A stretch of 61,694 nt of DNA, counting the filler, from Sphacelaria rigidula (lineage: Eukaryota), in assembly GCA_964200075.2 (NCBI GenBank). It is 6 parts of 6 records of this genome, joined end to end, with 100 filler letters (N's around TTAATTAATTAA, not from the genome) between each part and the next. Parts side by side here need not be neighbours in the genome. Positions count along the whole stretch, not along the records: positions 10,301 to 20,500 come from CAXNAA020006942.1; positions 20,601 to 30,799 come from CAXNAA020006943.1; 4 more parts are not named here. One strand, 5' to 3'. A program made the translations under genes and the position numbers. Below, in pieces: positions 12,378-25,545 of the stretch. Each line of letters starts with the position of its first letter. Position 1 is the first letter of the stretch. The notes under the pieces were generated by a model. The model was not told the origin of the DNA. It did no database searches and saw nothing but the letters and a program-made list of their open reading frames with translations.

Positions 12378-15114
12378 TCCTTAGACAGCGAGTGTCGCCT
12401 CGGAACAGTTTCGGAAGATGACAGTTATGCCTAGGCTCTAGTTCCGATGCGCGCAAAAAGTTTAGCTTAATTTCGTTTTTTTAGACGTGTTTAGCGCAAA
12501 GCTTATAATCGGCTTAATACGCTTGAAACGAGCTTAACTTGCTTACAAAGCGCCTAAACACGCATAAAACGTGCATAAAGTTGCGATATTTTTTTGCTTG
12601 CAAGTGTTCCATGTAGCGTAACTCGTCGCCGGACAGGCCGATAGGCATCAGGCTTCAGGCTCCAACCCTCAATACTTCAAATTGCCATGGTTATGTTTCG
12701 TGTTCCTATTCGGTTGCGGGTCTGAGCAGACTTCTCCACTTTATATTTAGTACACATGGTGTCATTTTACTTTCGAAAATATGACAAGATACTAAGTAAA
12801 TTATACACTTGTACTTTGTACAGCAGACAGCAGACAGCAGTAGTAACAGCAGCACCAACAGAGAGAAGTCATCACGAGTGATAGCAGCGTTTGTAACTCA
12901 CGAGGTCATGGCTGGCCTACTGTCCGAGAAGGACGACTTTCTGGTCGCGGCCTCAGGCGCGCACTCGGAGTACGGTTTGCTGTCGTTGTAAGATGACAAC
13001 AAGAACAGGCTTCCCAGTTGGTTATCTCGTGGCGATGGATACTGTACTTATCCAGCCGTCGTCCGTGCCTGTGGAGCGAGTGTTTTCGATTTTGAGGGGT
13101 GCTTGAATTCCCGGCAGGAGAAGGCCTTAGGTGACTGGATCGAATCCGCAGCCATGATGGAGTACCATCGGTACTGGTAATTCGACAAGTTTTTCAATTT
13201 CGACTGACAGTAGATGATGCGTGGGGGGGTGGTGGTAGCTTGTAGCTTGTAGCTTGTAGCTTGCAGGGCTAGAGGCCAAAGGCTGCAATGCCCTGTGTCT
13301 AGAAGCTACGATGCCGTAGTGCTGTACCAAGTATCGTAAGTGTAGTGGCGTTTGTTGTTTCCGTACGTGGGTTAGGGTGTAGGTGTGCAGGTTGTGGCCT
13401 CCAAACTCAGTAACTGAGGAAAAGCTTCATTTTTAGTTATAGATAATTGACAGAACTTCGAATGCCCAACTTGCCGTCTTGTCCTCATGCTAGAAGGCGC
13501 GCCTCGTGAGGGGATACTGCCACAACGCCACAACAAGGATGGGGACACGGAGCATAAGGCGCGCCTGATTTGCGCTAAAAAGGCTTAAAATGGGGCTTGA
13601 ACACAAGAAAAAAGCTTACAAAGAAAAACTGGAGCTTAATTTCAAGAAAAAAACGCGCATACGGAACCAAAGCCTAGTTATGCCCGTGAAAGAAGGCCTT
13701 TACCGGCCAAGAATCCGTTGTCAACAAAAAATAAAATGAACGCGGAGGAATATTGAAGACGTATTGAAGACGTCACAGACTTGTCGGACCTGTGCCGAAC
13801 CTCCGCCGAACCTCTGCCGAACATAACACATGCTCCATCCCAAGTTACCTAGATTTAGTATGCGACAGCTGTAATTTCTTCATCGCACAATGTAATTCTC
13901 GAGACAGGAAGCAAACCGGCCTGTGGCACTTCACGGCCCCCCGCACACACACTAAACCAATTCAGTGTGACGGCGGAGTTGATCAATTCGCCACAGCGGA
14001 TCCGAAAAGCCCCAGCACGTTGCAGGAAACTCCTTTTCAGTACATTTCGTGTTTGGTGCAACGGTTTGCAAAGTGCGATGGCCTCCGCGGCACGCGTTAC
14101 GGAAACCTGCTTGCCACACTGAATAGTTCTGGTATGTGGGAAGCGCATGCATCAAACCGCAGTCCAATCCTCTGCTCCGTTGCCGAGAAAATAGAGTTGA
14201 AAGATAAGCACAACAGCATACTGCAACGAGAAGGGCACAACAACAACACGAGCAGCAGCTTCTACAATATCCTCCTGTTGTTGCGACCCTGTTTACAGGT
14301 GTACAGCAACGTCAGTCACTTGTGATTGTTACTGATTGGCTCATTTAGGTTTCATTTCTTCTGCTTTCAATTGAAATGTGTAGTTGGGGGGGGGGGGGGG
14401 GGGGGGTTTTTTTTTTTTTTTTTTNNNNNNNNNNACTCATTTGTTGCTTGCCTTAGTCATTTGACCATTGACCACGCATCCCTTTCGAGACGGAGCAAAT
14501 GTGTAGTTGGGAGGGGGGTCTGTCCGCAGAGCTGCGAGAAAGCTCCGGAAGTCAACCGTGTGTGTTAGGAAGTTTCCCGCGGAAGAATCTAAGTCAGAAA
14601 CCTGACCAATCACGGCTGTCAAAATGGCCACTTTGTTCCCCTACAGTGGACTACTTCGCTGTCTGTAATAACCCACTTCTCAATTTGGTGATTCAGCCAT
14701 AGATTATATTGGCACAAATTATGTGCTTCTTACTCTGCTCGTGGTCTATGCCGCCTGCGTGACCCCCCATCTGTTGCTAACACAGCTTCACACTGTCTGT
14801 AGTGTTGTTGTGCAGCACTAAGCAGAGACATCAGCAGCATGCAGTAGGCTGTGTTGAGTGGAGAACGATGGCACGCTTACTGTTTCTTGCCGTTGTATCC
14901 GGCAAAGACATCCAGCACACGTACTGACTCGGCACGCAATGGGCTGCAGGGTCAAAACTGGTCAGGGGTTCTCCGGGACTATTTTCTTTATAGATGCCCA
15001 ACATTTACGTCTTCATCAAAGGTGCGTTTTGTGTAGCGAGAAGAGAGCTGTTCTGGACTCAAAATGTCGCGCAGTCCAACTCAGCCCACCTGCCCGGAGG
15101 TCGCTGTCCAAGGG
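12378..15114. mobile_element. piggyBac-like non-autonomous element, copy A (contains a nested hAT)
   Basis: Termini TCCTTAGACAGCGA ... TCGCTGTCCAAGGG, flanked by decayed TTAA sites (TTAG / TCAA). 14437-15114 is the reverse complement of 16664-17412. Confidence 0.75.
12432..13676. mobile_element. hAT-like non-autonomous element
   Basis: Exact 8-bp TSD GTTATGCC (12424-12431, 13677-13684); TIRs TAGGCTCTAGTTCCG / CGGAACCAAAGCCTA; GCTTA subterminal repeats. Confidence 0.9.
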
Positions 15115-15228
15115 TCAAAGCCAAGGGTTCGATGGCGTAAGACGCCCAGGGCGCTGTGTGGGTTGAAGCGATGGTTATCAGCCAGTCCCGTGCCAAAAAC
15201 AAAACAAGTAAAAAATGTACTCGAATGC

Positions 15229-15293
15229 CCGCACTCTAGTTGTGAATCCCCGCACTCTAGTTGTGAATCCCCGCACTCTAGTTGTGAATCCCC
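15229..15293. repeat. 21-bp tandem repeat x3
   Basis: CCGCACTCTAGTTGTGAATCC repeated exactly. Confidence 0.95.
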
Positions 15294-16663
15294 ACACACA
15301 AAAATGATTGCACTTTGAACGTAAACTTTGCTTGCTAATTTCTCGAAACTTCAAGGGAGCTGTGGTTAACGCCCAGCACATGCTCGTGCAGTATTAGGAC
15401 ACCAACGTCGGAGTCCGGGAGGCTGAGACGGACCGCCTGAACCGCCTTGTCGGGAAGCTCTCGAAGAAGCTCGCCAGTTCAATCAACTGGCAGTTCTGAC
15501 GGTTGGTCTCAGCCTCCTGTGCTGGGGGATCTTGGCGCCCTAGTCTTGCACGAGTGTGTGGTTGGCGTTAACCGTGTTTCCGAGGTTTTCCGCCTCTGCC
15601 TCGGATCGCGTGAAACGCTCGGGTAGCGCCTCGTTGGACAGCGCACGACGCGGACGTATCAGGTACAATTTTCGTTTCCTCCGCATGTTTTCGGTAGAAA
15701 ATGACGCTACGGTAGGGGTGCACAAATATCTACTGAGTTGAAAACATTTCAGGAGCCCTTTGTCTAATCGAAAATACGACTTACGAAATATGTGAGGACG
15801 CCAGGATTACTATTCCAATGTGCTGGGGATCTCCCGAAGGAGTTCCCAAACGGGGATGCCCTTGCCCATTTTGTAGTGCATCTTGAATCTTTGGGAGCCC
15901 CTGAACCAGACACGATTTTGCGCAAAACGTGCACCCCTACCGTAGCATTGCACTTGATGAAGAAAAATTTGATCAGGTCTTGTGTTGAAGCAAAGTGTTT
16001 TTCGATCGAAAAGGTGCGGCGAAAGAGGAAAATTCCGATCTGATTGGTCGTTTTGTCGACACAAGTCACGTGGACCTAAAATGACGACCTGTGCTGACCT
16101 GTCATATCGGGACTTTTCTTTTCCGCCGTACCTTTTCGATCGCAAAAGTGTTTTTGCTAAGACGCGATCTAAGACACGGCCTTACTGTACATTTTCATGG
16201 GCTTTTGCCATCAACGGCAAAATGCAACACTAAAGCTGTAAAACGATCAGTGTTGCATCGCTCTCCGCTGCACAGTCTTTTCGTTAGCGCCCGTGTATAC
16301 TTGACAGTCCCGTTCTTTCTCCGTGCAGTTATCTTGACAACCAAGTGAGGGCAGGGTGGCAAGGGCTGTGCTCAAAAGCACGTCTTCTCTTCGTGTGCTT
16401 GAAGAGCTCGATGATTGATTGCCACGAAAGGGTGAGATACGACTTCGCTGCAAGACCGAGAATGATTTGCACTTATTTGCAGGGGGGCATGGCCTAGTCT
16501 TAGTTGGTGACGTGATCGTTCCGCTTGTCTTCCAGGCCATGCCGCGGGTATTTCAAGTTTTTACCGCCAGGGTAAATCATCTGCTGGACCGGCATCTGTT
16601 TCACTTGAAAAATGAGTGCATGATCCCAATGACGTACCCTGGTGGTGAAAGTTTTAGGATCAA

Positions 16664-17569
16664 CCCTTAGACAGCGACCCCCCGGCAGGTGGACCGAGAT
16701 GGACTGTGCCATATTTGGAGTTCACAACAGCGATTTTCTCGCTGCACAAAACGCCTTTTGTCCACGAACATGTGGATATTGGGCATCTATACAGAAAATT
16801 GTCCAGGAGAACCCCTTAAGAAAATGATTCTGCAGTCAGTTGCGTGCAGTCAGTATGTGTTCTGGATGTCTTCGCTGGATACAACGGGAAGAAACAGTAA
16901 GCGTGCCATCGCTGTCCACTCAACACAGTCTACTGCATGCTGCTAATGTCTATCTGCTCAGTGTTCCACGACAACACTACAATGTGAAGCTATGCTGGCA
17001 ACAACACATGGAGGGTCAGACAGGCGGCACAGACCACGGGCACAGTAAAAAACACGCTATTTGTGCTCATACCATCTGTGCTTGAACGTTTATTACCGAA
17101 TAATAAATATGGTTACTGTAGATAACGAAGCAGACCACCTGTAGTGCACCCGCAGGAGAACAGAGTGACCATTTTGACAGCGGTGATTGGTCAGAATGGT
17201 TACCCCGCTCTCCGCTCTTCTCGAGCCTCGTTCCTGGCTTAGAATTCTCCTTGGAAAACTTCCAAACACCCATGGTTTATTTGGTGAGCTTCTCGGCTGT
17301 TCTGCAAACATGCCACCACCCCCAGTCAAAAATCACCCCCCTGCCAGGTAGGTGCTGTGCTCCGTCTCGAAAGGGATGCGTGGTCAATGGTCAAACGACT
17401 AAGGGAAGCAACANNNNNNNNNNCCAAAGGGATGGGTGGTCAACGGTCAAAAGGACAAGGGAAACAACAAACTAATTCCGCCCCCCCCCCCTGCCCCCTG
17501 GAAACCCCCGGATGTCTCTGGACTGTCAGCCTGTTGAACTGTTTTGAGGCGACGCTCGCTGTCTGAGGG
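16664..17569. mobile_element. piggyBac-like non-autonomous element, copy B (opposite orientation to A)
   Basis: TIRs CCCTTAGACAGCGA / TCGCTGTCTGAGGG; flanks TCAA and TTAA. Confidence 0.85.
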
Positions 17570-17648
17570 TTAAACATGCCTACTCTTCTACAACAATGGC
17601 AGTTGACATGTAGAGAAAAACACTGTACTGATTAGATCATTTCTCATG

Positions 17649-18055
17649 TTTTTTTGGGGGGGAGGAGGATATTGTCCACTTTTGGGGTATTTGACACGGT
17701 TTTTGGTCCCCGAGCAGGGAATATCACAATCACACGTCTTCGAGACTTAGCATCACCCCACCGAGAGGAGTACAGCCCACATCTCCGATTTGCTTGGTCT
17801 CGAGTTTTCAAGAACGAAAAACTTGCAGACGCCGCATTTTTTTTGTCCAGCTCTATTTGTGTTGAGAGGGCATTCTCGAAAAGTCGGAGCCAAGCGAATC
17901 GGAGAAGTGGGCTCCATCCTTGTGGGTGACGTGATGCAAAGTGTCCAAGGCATGCGATGACGATGTTTCCTGTTTGGGGGCCAAAAAACCGTGTCAAACG
18001 TCCCAAAACTAGAAAATATGCTCCACGCAAAAAACTTCCCCCCCCCAAAAAAAAA
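17649..18055. repeat. Old imperfect inverted repeat (~170-190-bp arms, ~55-bp spacer)
   Basis: TTGACACGGTTTTTGG pairs with CCAAAAAACCGTGTCAA; CCCACATCTCCGATTTGCTTGG pairs with CCAAGCGAATCGGAGAAGTGGG. Confidence 0.8.
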
Positions 18056-20130
18056 CAGCCGTGGTAAGCAACCGTCTTTTACTGTATAGAAGATATACAC
18101 CCTGGAAATTAGACCAGCAACACAGAGTGATTCAGGGTGAACGCCCAAAATTTATTCCACACCAAATATAGAACGCAAAGCTGACCCGTTAGAAACATAT
18201 TTGGGATCATCGTGATGCCCCACAAGCAAGCCAACATTGAGACATGTGAAGATTTTTTCTCGCGTCCTCTGCTGTTGTGCTGTTCGTAAAAATGTTTCTC
18301 GGCCAATCAGAGGCCTTTGAATTGTTTTGAAATTACAAGTCCGAATTCCCGACTCGTTTTGTCCCCAATCTCACCTTGAATTAAACCGCAGTGACCACCA
18401 TCAGCTAAGGAAGAAGCCAACGCAAGAAACAAATTTGAAAACGGTCTGTATAGGGTCAAGTGATACCCGAATACGTGGTATTTTGATGATGTACGATTTT
18501 GGCGTCATCGGATTTCCACTGATAACATGCATCAGAGACCCAGAAGGCCTTTCGATGGTGTCCCTTATACCTCTCTCAAAAAAGCTCCGATCATCCTCAA
18601 ACTTGGTAGTTTGATAGATACGAGTGCCCCAAGTGAAAGAAAAAAGTCGTTGAAGAATATTTCAAAATTTCATCCGTTCTCTACCGGCTTCCGTGGTTCC
18701 CAGCGAGAAGATCCCGCAGAAAACGGGTACAGATTGCCTTAGAATCAGAAACCCGAATTGTATTGTACTCGCCCCGCGGTAGTCCGAGGAACGTTTGTAC
18801 AAGTTTTGTTGCGTAAGTGGAAAAGCTGACCCCAAACGGTCAGCGGCATACTATAATCGAGTTATCAGGGGGGTTCCGCGCACATTTGTATTCTTCAATG
18901 CGCCCGCGCGTAATTTTTCACGCGGTTTTTCCGAGTTAGACCCTGAGATTTCGCACACGTGTGCTCTAGGATTTTTCAAACTGAAAAATAAAGGTCTTCT
19001 TGTGTATGTGTATTGTTTTTCACCAGATATCCGGGGTCCCAGGAGGAGTTTTGAAATCATCACAGAGCACACGTGCGCACAATATCAGAGTCTAAATTTA
19101 AAAAACATGCTTGAAAAGTCGCTGTCGCTGGGGAGTAAATTGTGGTTGTTCACCCTGAACCAACCGTAGGGGCCTCCCGACTTTCGCTCGATTTCACCGG
19201 TTTCTTGGGGTTCCCAGCCTACAGGGGACCCCCCAAAACCGATGAAATCGAGAAGAGAAACAGTCACCGGCACTGGGGACCTCGGGCTTGCCTCCACGAA
19301 CATACGTTTCAAGTGTGGTGCCTCAGTTCTTGAAAACGGCGTGATGACGTGAGCAAACGCGAAAGTGTTCCGATAATACCGTGTCCCCGTACACTCCCGG
19401 CGGTTCATGACCCGGTGAGATCGGTTAATCCGGCTGATCCCTTTAACGACCGAACCCTGACAACCTCGGGGTTGCCTGCAGGAATGTATGCGTGTGTATG
19501 TTGTCATCCCATCTATTCTGGATGCCAGTCTACACGTTTCGGTATATGTGGGCGCATCAGCCGAGGGGCACACAGGAGGAAGGCCAAAACAGGAGTTTTT
19601 TTGTTATTTTTGTTATTTTTGTTATTTTGTTTGAGTGCCCCACCTTCCTTCTGCGGTGCTTGCCTTCTTTTTTTTTTCGCGAGAGGGGTCCAGCAGTCCC
19701 TTTGGCTCGTCGACCGTGAAGTCGAATTTTGTGTACCCACGACATAATCGCTTTCCACTGTTGGGCATTGTGTGAGAAAAACTCCCACGTCATGTGACTG
19801 CAACGAGATTCGAGCCCACGACCCAACCCGCAGAAGTTTTCGAGGTTACCAACTGAGCCACCGGGGCGAAGTGATATAATGTATGTGAAAAATTGAACAA
19901 ACGCAAAGTTGTTCCGATGATGTGGAGCATACAACGGTGGTACGGTCCAGAAGACCGGTGGAACCGAAAGGAGGTTAAGAACAGTTAGACACCGGTAGCC
20001 TCGAGTTCTAACCAGTATAACACGTTTGCAGAAGATGACCCCCCCCCCCCTTTTTTTTTTCACCTTTTGCCCCCCCGGGGGGCAACGGGGGGGTCCGCCG
20101 TAAATTTCCTCAGTCAAGTAACCCGGGAGA

Positions 20131-20490
20131 ACGCTAGGGTAGATTATGTGGGTCACGCCGTAACTTTTCAAGTGAAAGTAAGGCCGATGCAACGGATGAG
20201 CGACCCCTGGTGGTCAAAGGAATAATGACTCAAGAAGTGCAGCAAACGTGAAATTGTTCCGAGGATGTGGGGCATACAACAGTCGGGGGGGAGGCGTAGG
20301 GGGCCCCTTTTTTCACCTTTTGCCCGCTAGGGTAGGTTATGTGGGTCACGCCGTAACTTTTCAAGTGAAAGTAAGGCCGATGCAACGGATGAGCGACCCC
20401 TGGTGGTCAAAGGAATAATGGCTCAAGAAGTGCAGCAAACGTGAAATTGTTCCGAGGATGTGGGGCATACAATAAACGGGGGGGGGGGGG
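20131..20490. repeat. ~195-bp tandem duplication at the contig end
   Basis: CGCTAGGGTAG.TTATGTGGGTCACGCCG...GGGGCATACAA at 20131 and 20326; partial third copy near 19900. Confidence 0.9.
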
Positions 20491-20600
20491 GGGGGGGGCG
20501 NNNNNNNNNNNNNNNNNNNNNNNNNNNNNNNNNNNNNNNNNNNNTTAATTAATTAANNNNNNNNNNNNNNNNNNNNNNNNNNNNNNNNNNNNNNNNNNNN

Positions 20601-23600
20601 GACACACTTATGAGCCTCTTTTTTCGTGCAACCAAATACCCCTCCCCCTATCGTAGGATGACTCTCGAGAGATTGCGCGGTGATGTTACTGACGCTCTTC
20701 TTCAGCGCGGAAGATCGTCCCTCGTCCTTCGTGGGCTTGTTGCTAATGCGCGCGGGGGGGATGGACTTCAACCTGGTTTTCGTCGCGCCTTTCGCCGACT
20801 TGTCCTTCAATACTATCTTCTTTATCACGCCGGCCCAGAGCTCGTCACAACGTCGCGGAACATCAAGGATCTCGTCCCCTTCCTGAGTCGTGAGCACACG
20901 TCCGTCCAGCGCCACGAGGGTATCTGCGCCGTCGTCGCGAAACGCCAGGCACCCCGGTACCACTTTCATGGCCTTAAGTACGGCAGGCTGACGTTTCTTC
21001 ACAAGCATTGCCTCCTCATTGCGCTGCCTCGTGCCCGGAAATAAAGCCTCCTCGATCTTAGCGATGGCGCTCTCGCGCGCCCCGACAATAGCGGCCAGCT
21101 TGTTCACAAACTCTCTCGTGATTTTCTTCGTCGCTCCCTTGTAGCCGCGATTGGCTACTTCTTGCCGCTCGTCCAAGGCCACGCGAGAGAAAGCGTCGCC
21201 GCCCAATGACGTTGAAAAAAGTTCTGCCATCGCCTCGTGATCGCCGTCAGTCATGCGCGTGGCGTCTCCGAGGTGCTCGGCGATCTCCGTCTGACATTTG
21301 TCTTTCTCGTATCCGCAGAATATGGCCGCCGCCACAACAAGCGTTCCGCAGCTTGAGATTTCCGGTACGGACACCCATGCGAAAACCCGCGTACGCGGGG
21401 TAGTCAACGAGAAGAAATCGAGACCAGAATCTGAAGGTCTTGTGGTTTCATGCTCGCCTCTCGATCCACTCCTTCACCTGCTGGGCGCCCTCAGCGCCTT
21501 CTCGCAGCGCAGACCCCAAATCATCCCGCACTGCCTCCGTGATGACAATAATGAAACACTCGTACAGTACCGTGATGTGGTGGTGCGCCCGCCGGTAGCT
21601 ATTTCCGTCTGCGGCTTTGGCGTCGTCACCCCCGAGCTCCTTGTCCACGAGTTCAATGCCGGCTCCCCAGTTGCGTTTCAGCGACGCCTTCGCGAGGTGG
21701 AAGAGGATGTGCAAATCGCCGGGCCATAACAGCAACAATTCCAAATACTCGGGATGCATCTTGCAGTAACGCCGAACCCAAGTGAATGTTTCCTCGTCCC
21801 CGGCCAAGACCGCACGGGCGCGGCCATCGCGCTCTCCCAGGCGCAGCATATGGCATATCCGTTGAAGGGCGCGTTCCATGGCATTATAATCTTTCGTGGA
21901 CCCCTCCTGGATGAACATGTGCACGGTTTCTTGCGGCATGCGCTCCTCTGGTTTGTGAGCCTGAGCGCAAGTGAACGGCGTAACAGCGGCGGTTGTCGCC
22001 TCGATTAAAGATGAGGTCGCCGCCAAATTTTGTATTTGATTAATGTCTACAGAGATTATTCGGGTCCGTAGGAGAAAATTTGGCGTTGATAGTCGGCCGT
22101 GGAACCCGTTTCAGAGGTCGGATTGTATCATTTTGCATCGTATTTGCGATGGTCCAGCACTAAGCGGTGCTGCAGTGGGAACGTACAAGGTTGTGTTCAG
22201 CAAGGCGTAGGGTATGAGCTTCCGTCCAGAGTTGATAGAACTGTCGGGTACCGGTTTGGAAGTCTCACGGAGTTTACCCAAGTGTCGGGTACCGGGATGA
22301 AAGTCTGACAGAACTTACAGAAATTGCCGGGTACGGTATGGGAAGCTTCCAGAAAACCGGTACCGGCAATCGGGCAACTCTTTTCGAGTATACTCGCCCT
22401 TCGGGTTCGACTTAATGTTCCGCACATAACTTACAGAACTTTCGGGTGAGTGTATGGAAGTTTTGAAGAGATTACAGAACAGTCGGGTACCGGTATGAAA
22501 GTCTTTCAAATATCACAGAGCTGTCGGGCACGGTACATACCCGGAAAACAATCCCGTGTACACAGAAAACCGCACCTTACACAACACAACCTTCGAAACG
22601 TACATGAACGGTCCAATATTGATGGATCGCAGATATGGGCACCTTCTCGTGCCGAACTGGTGTACACGGTACAGGACTGTAGAAATACATGGCCAGCTTG
22701 TTCGAGAAGGCGTGCTGTCTTTCTCATATATGCCATGACCCTATGGCACCGTCCTCAGGGCCGAAAACGCTGCTACGACTCGGTAAATTTCTCGCTTTAC
22801 AACAAAGACGTATCAAATTATAATAACACAAATGAATCATCACGGCATGCGCCATTACCACCCCTTGCCGAAAGTCAGAACTCTAGCTCTCAAGATGAGA
22901 CGCGGTTTTCAACACCAAGACCATGCCTAGACCTCACCTTGCGGAGCTCTGCCTCGACGCATGTCTTCTCACCCTTCCGGAATCCATCTGCGCTCCTGCA
23001 TGCGCTCACCAGCAGCTCCATGGCAAACTGCTGGAAAACATTGGTGGTATCGTCGCGGGGCAATCCATCCCTGACTTCCTCCATCGTCAGTTCATTTGTC
23101 GGGGTCCACTCACAGTAAGGAGACAATCGGAGAACTCTGCCCCCGGGTTTTAAGCCGACACTTACAGCGGCAATGAAAGGACAGTATTGCGAGCTGATGA
23201 GGTTCATTGCTGCTTTCATATCGCAATTGTCGATGGTCCATCCATGGCGGGATGACGCCTCGGTCTAGCGTCGCCCGCACGATGACGTTCTCACGCTTGG
23301 CACATTGACTGTCGGACAAGCACAGACCAATAGTCCCGAGGAAATCGTTGACTCTTCGGGTACCTCCATGAGATTTCAGCAATTGAGTGAGCATGAACTC
23401 GTGGGGCGCTCGATGCGACTGCCGCAGCACACCTTTCACGAAGATCGTCGCCAGGACATACCACATCACATCTTCCTGCTTTGCCTTGTCGTCTGCCTGC
23501 GCCTCAGGGACTGCACCCGGCGGCCTGCCGCCTGACTAGCTGGCGCTCTGTGCCTGCGACGGATTCCCAGCATCATCAAAGCCCATCTCACAACGAAAGA

Positions 23601-25545
23601 CTGCCCGGAACCAAAGGCGTAGCGAGGAAGGTAGCTCCGCGAAATACTCACGCAGCGGCGGCATGTCCCCGATGATGTCATCCTGGTGTGTCGTTGATCT
23701 CCTCACGTTTTTGAGTGGCACAGACGTTATTAAATCCTCACGCACGATCCGCCCGGCTTCTTCTACCAAGTCTTCGCGTCGGTGGACTGAAAGATTGGGG
23801 ATGGCGACAGGAGCGCCGGAATTCGCCGAGGACCTCTCCGCGGCACCTCCCTCCCTTGAGACGGCAATCCTACGTTCGAGATCGGCAACTGTTGCTGCCG
23901 CCTTAGTCGCGAAGAGGTCGAGCTTCGCAATGTCCTCAGCCCGGAATCCTCGAGGCACGAGGTACCTGTAAACCTCCCGAGCATCACCCCCTGGACATAG
24001 GTCTCCCCACTCCGAACTATACCTCCTGCACGTACCGCGGCCTGCACACGCTCTGTGGTGCGGCACACCGGCTCTACTCCATCCGTCGGCGGCAGTTCAT
24101 CGTCGACAGGTGTTCGTTGCTCATGCTTGGTGTTGCCGTCCTTCTCGCTTCTACGAAACGCGGCGTAGCAGGGTTTGCACAATGTGCTAGACGCCTGCAG
24201 CACCCGCTCCGGCGTCGAGAGGAGCGATGTGGCCCGGCTGTGGCCCGCCCCTACGGTGAAAAAGTGTGTCATGGCGGCGCTTGAAACACCGGCCGCGATC
24301 CAGCAGGTCTCCCTCCCGGTCTTACTTCGCCGCGAATGCCCACACACGGCGTACTTCTTCCGCTGCATATTTGTTCTTTCTGCACATGAACACCGAAAAA
24401 GGGAATACACGCAGTCGGAACTTGTGCACAGACAGTCCGATGCGGGCTCGTACGTGGCGATGACCGCCGTTGGAAACCCGTGTTCCCTCTTGGCCTTCAA
24501 CCATTCCGCTACAGGACCGCGTGTACCCGGAAGGAGATGGGCGAATTGATTGGTGGGCCGGTGGCAGGCAGCACACGTGTGTCGCGCTGGGCGTGGTGGG
24601 GTTTACACCATGCGCACAGATCAACGACCCAGCCGCCGGCTGCCCCACATTCCCCCTTGCCGCAGTGCCTCCGCGCACCCCTCCGGCTCGCAGGCACGAC
24701 CTCGTCCTTGTGGTACACACGGGCGAAGATTGCCGTGTTTCAGGGGGCGGGAGGCTCGTGTCTTCTTCTTCATGCCCAGCACGCACCCTCGGTCTCAACC
24801 GCCGCCCGACGCCTTCATCGTTTCTTACCTCTGGCGCCGTCATCGGCCATTCCAAGCATGCCGGCGCGGATTGCGGTCGCGATCTCGATGGGCGGCGGGT
24901 GCTGTGTTCGGCAGGGGATGCTCCATGTGCCGCACTGGCTTCAGGGTTCTGCCTCAACTTTGATGCGGGTACGGCAGCCGGTGTTGTCCCCTCCTGTAGA
25001 GCCTCGTCTGCTTTAGTGCTATCAGTGGCATCGGGATCGGTCCTCTTTTGCTTCAGGTTCCGGGCGGTTGATCGGGCAGGGAATCCGCCCCCCTCGAGAA
25101 CCTGGGACGACCGCTTCTGCGCCCGCGCGCCCGGGCTTCCGCAGCCTCCCGGTGCGAGGTTGTTGCAGGACTGTTGCACGATGGTATCATGGTGTTGTTC
25201 AAAGGGTCCTTCACCACAGGATCCAGCTGCGGCGAGGCGGATGTCGGCGAGGGTTCCGACGCAGACCTGCATCCAAAAGTGGCCATTCCGTAATTCGTGT
25301 GTGAATGGTTGAACGGGGGAGGGTTCGACGCCGTCATGCATCCGAGCGCGCTGACGGAAGCACGTAATGGACTTCACCGCGTGTATGGTCCAACAATTTG
25401 CAACGTTGAAATCTCTAGTGTGTTGCCGTGTGGAGGCGCACATGGGGGGGGGGGGGATGCCACATGAAGAAATGTGCCGCGACTCGAACTCCGATACCGC
25501 GTGTCCACTCGACGTTACTGATGTCGTACGTCTGCCCGGAAACAT
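20601..25545 (-). mobile_element. Academ-type DDE transposase gene, fragmented by frameshifts and/or introns, 3'-truncated at the contig edge
   Basis: Ordered motifs: Cys-rich N-terminus (CLC..C..C.C, CGH, LCKPCY); KSHGGTRRVNDFLGTIGLCLSD; WTIDNCD (23220-23240); LAGDEETF; WPGDLH; GNSYRRAHH...LYE; FSRVALDERQEVAN. These parallel the Academ DN.D, DQ, G..H, Y.R..R.H and D...EQ.N motifs. Confidence 0.7.
22186..22594. mobile_element. hAT-like MITE with TCGGGTACCGG internal repeats, inside the Academ gene
   Basis: TIRs CAAGGTTGTGTT / AACACAACCTTC; 8-bp flanks GGAACGTA / GAAACGTA (7/8 match); several GTCGGGTACCGG units. Confidence 0.75.
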
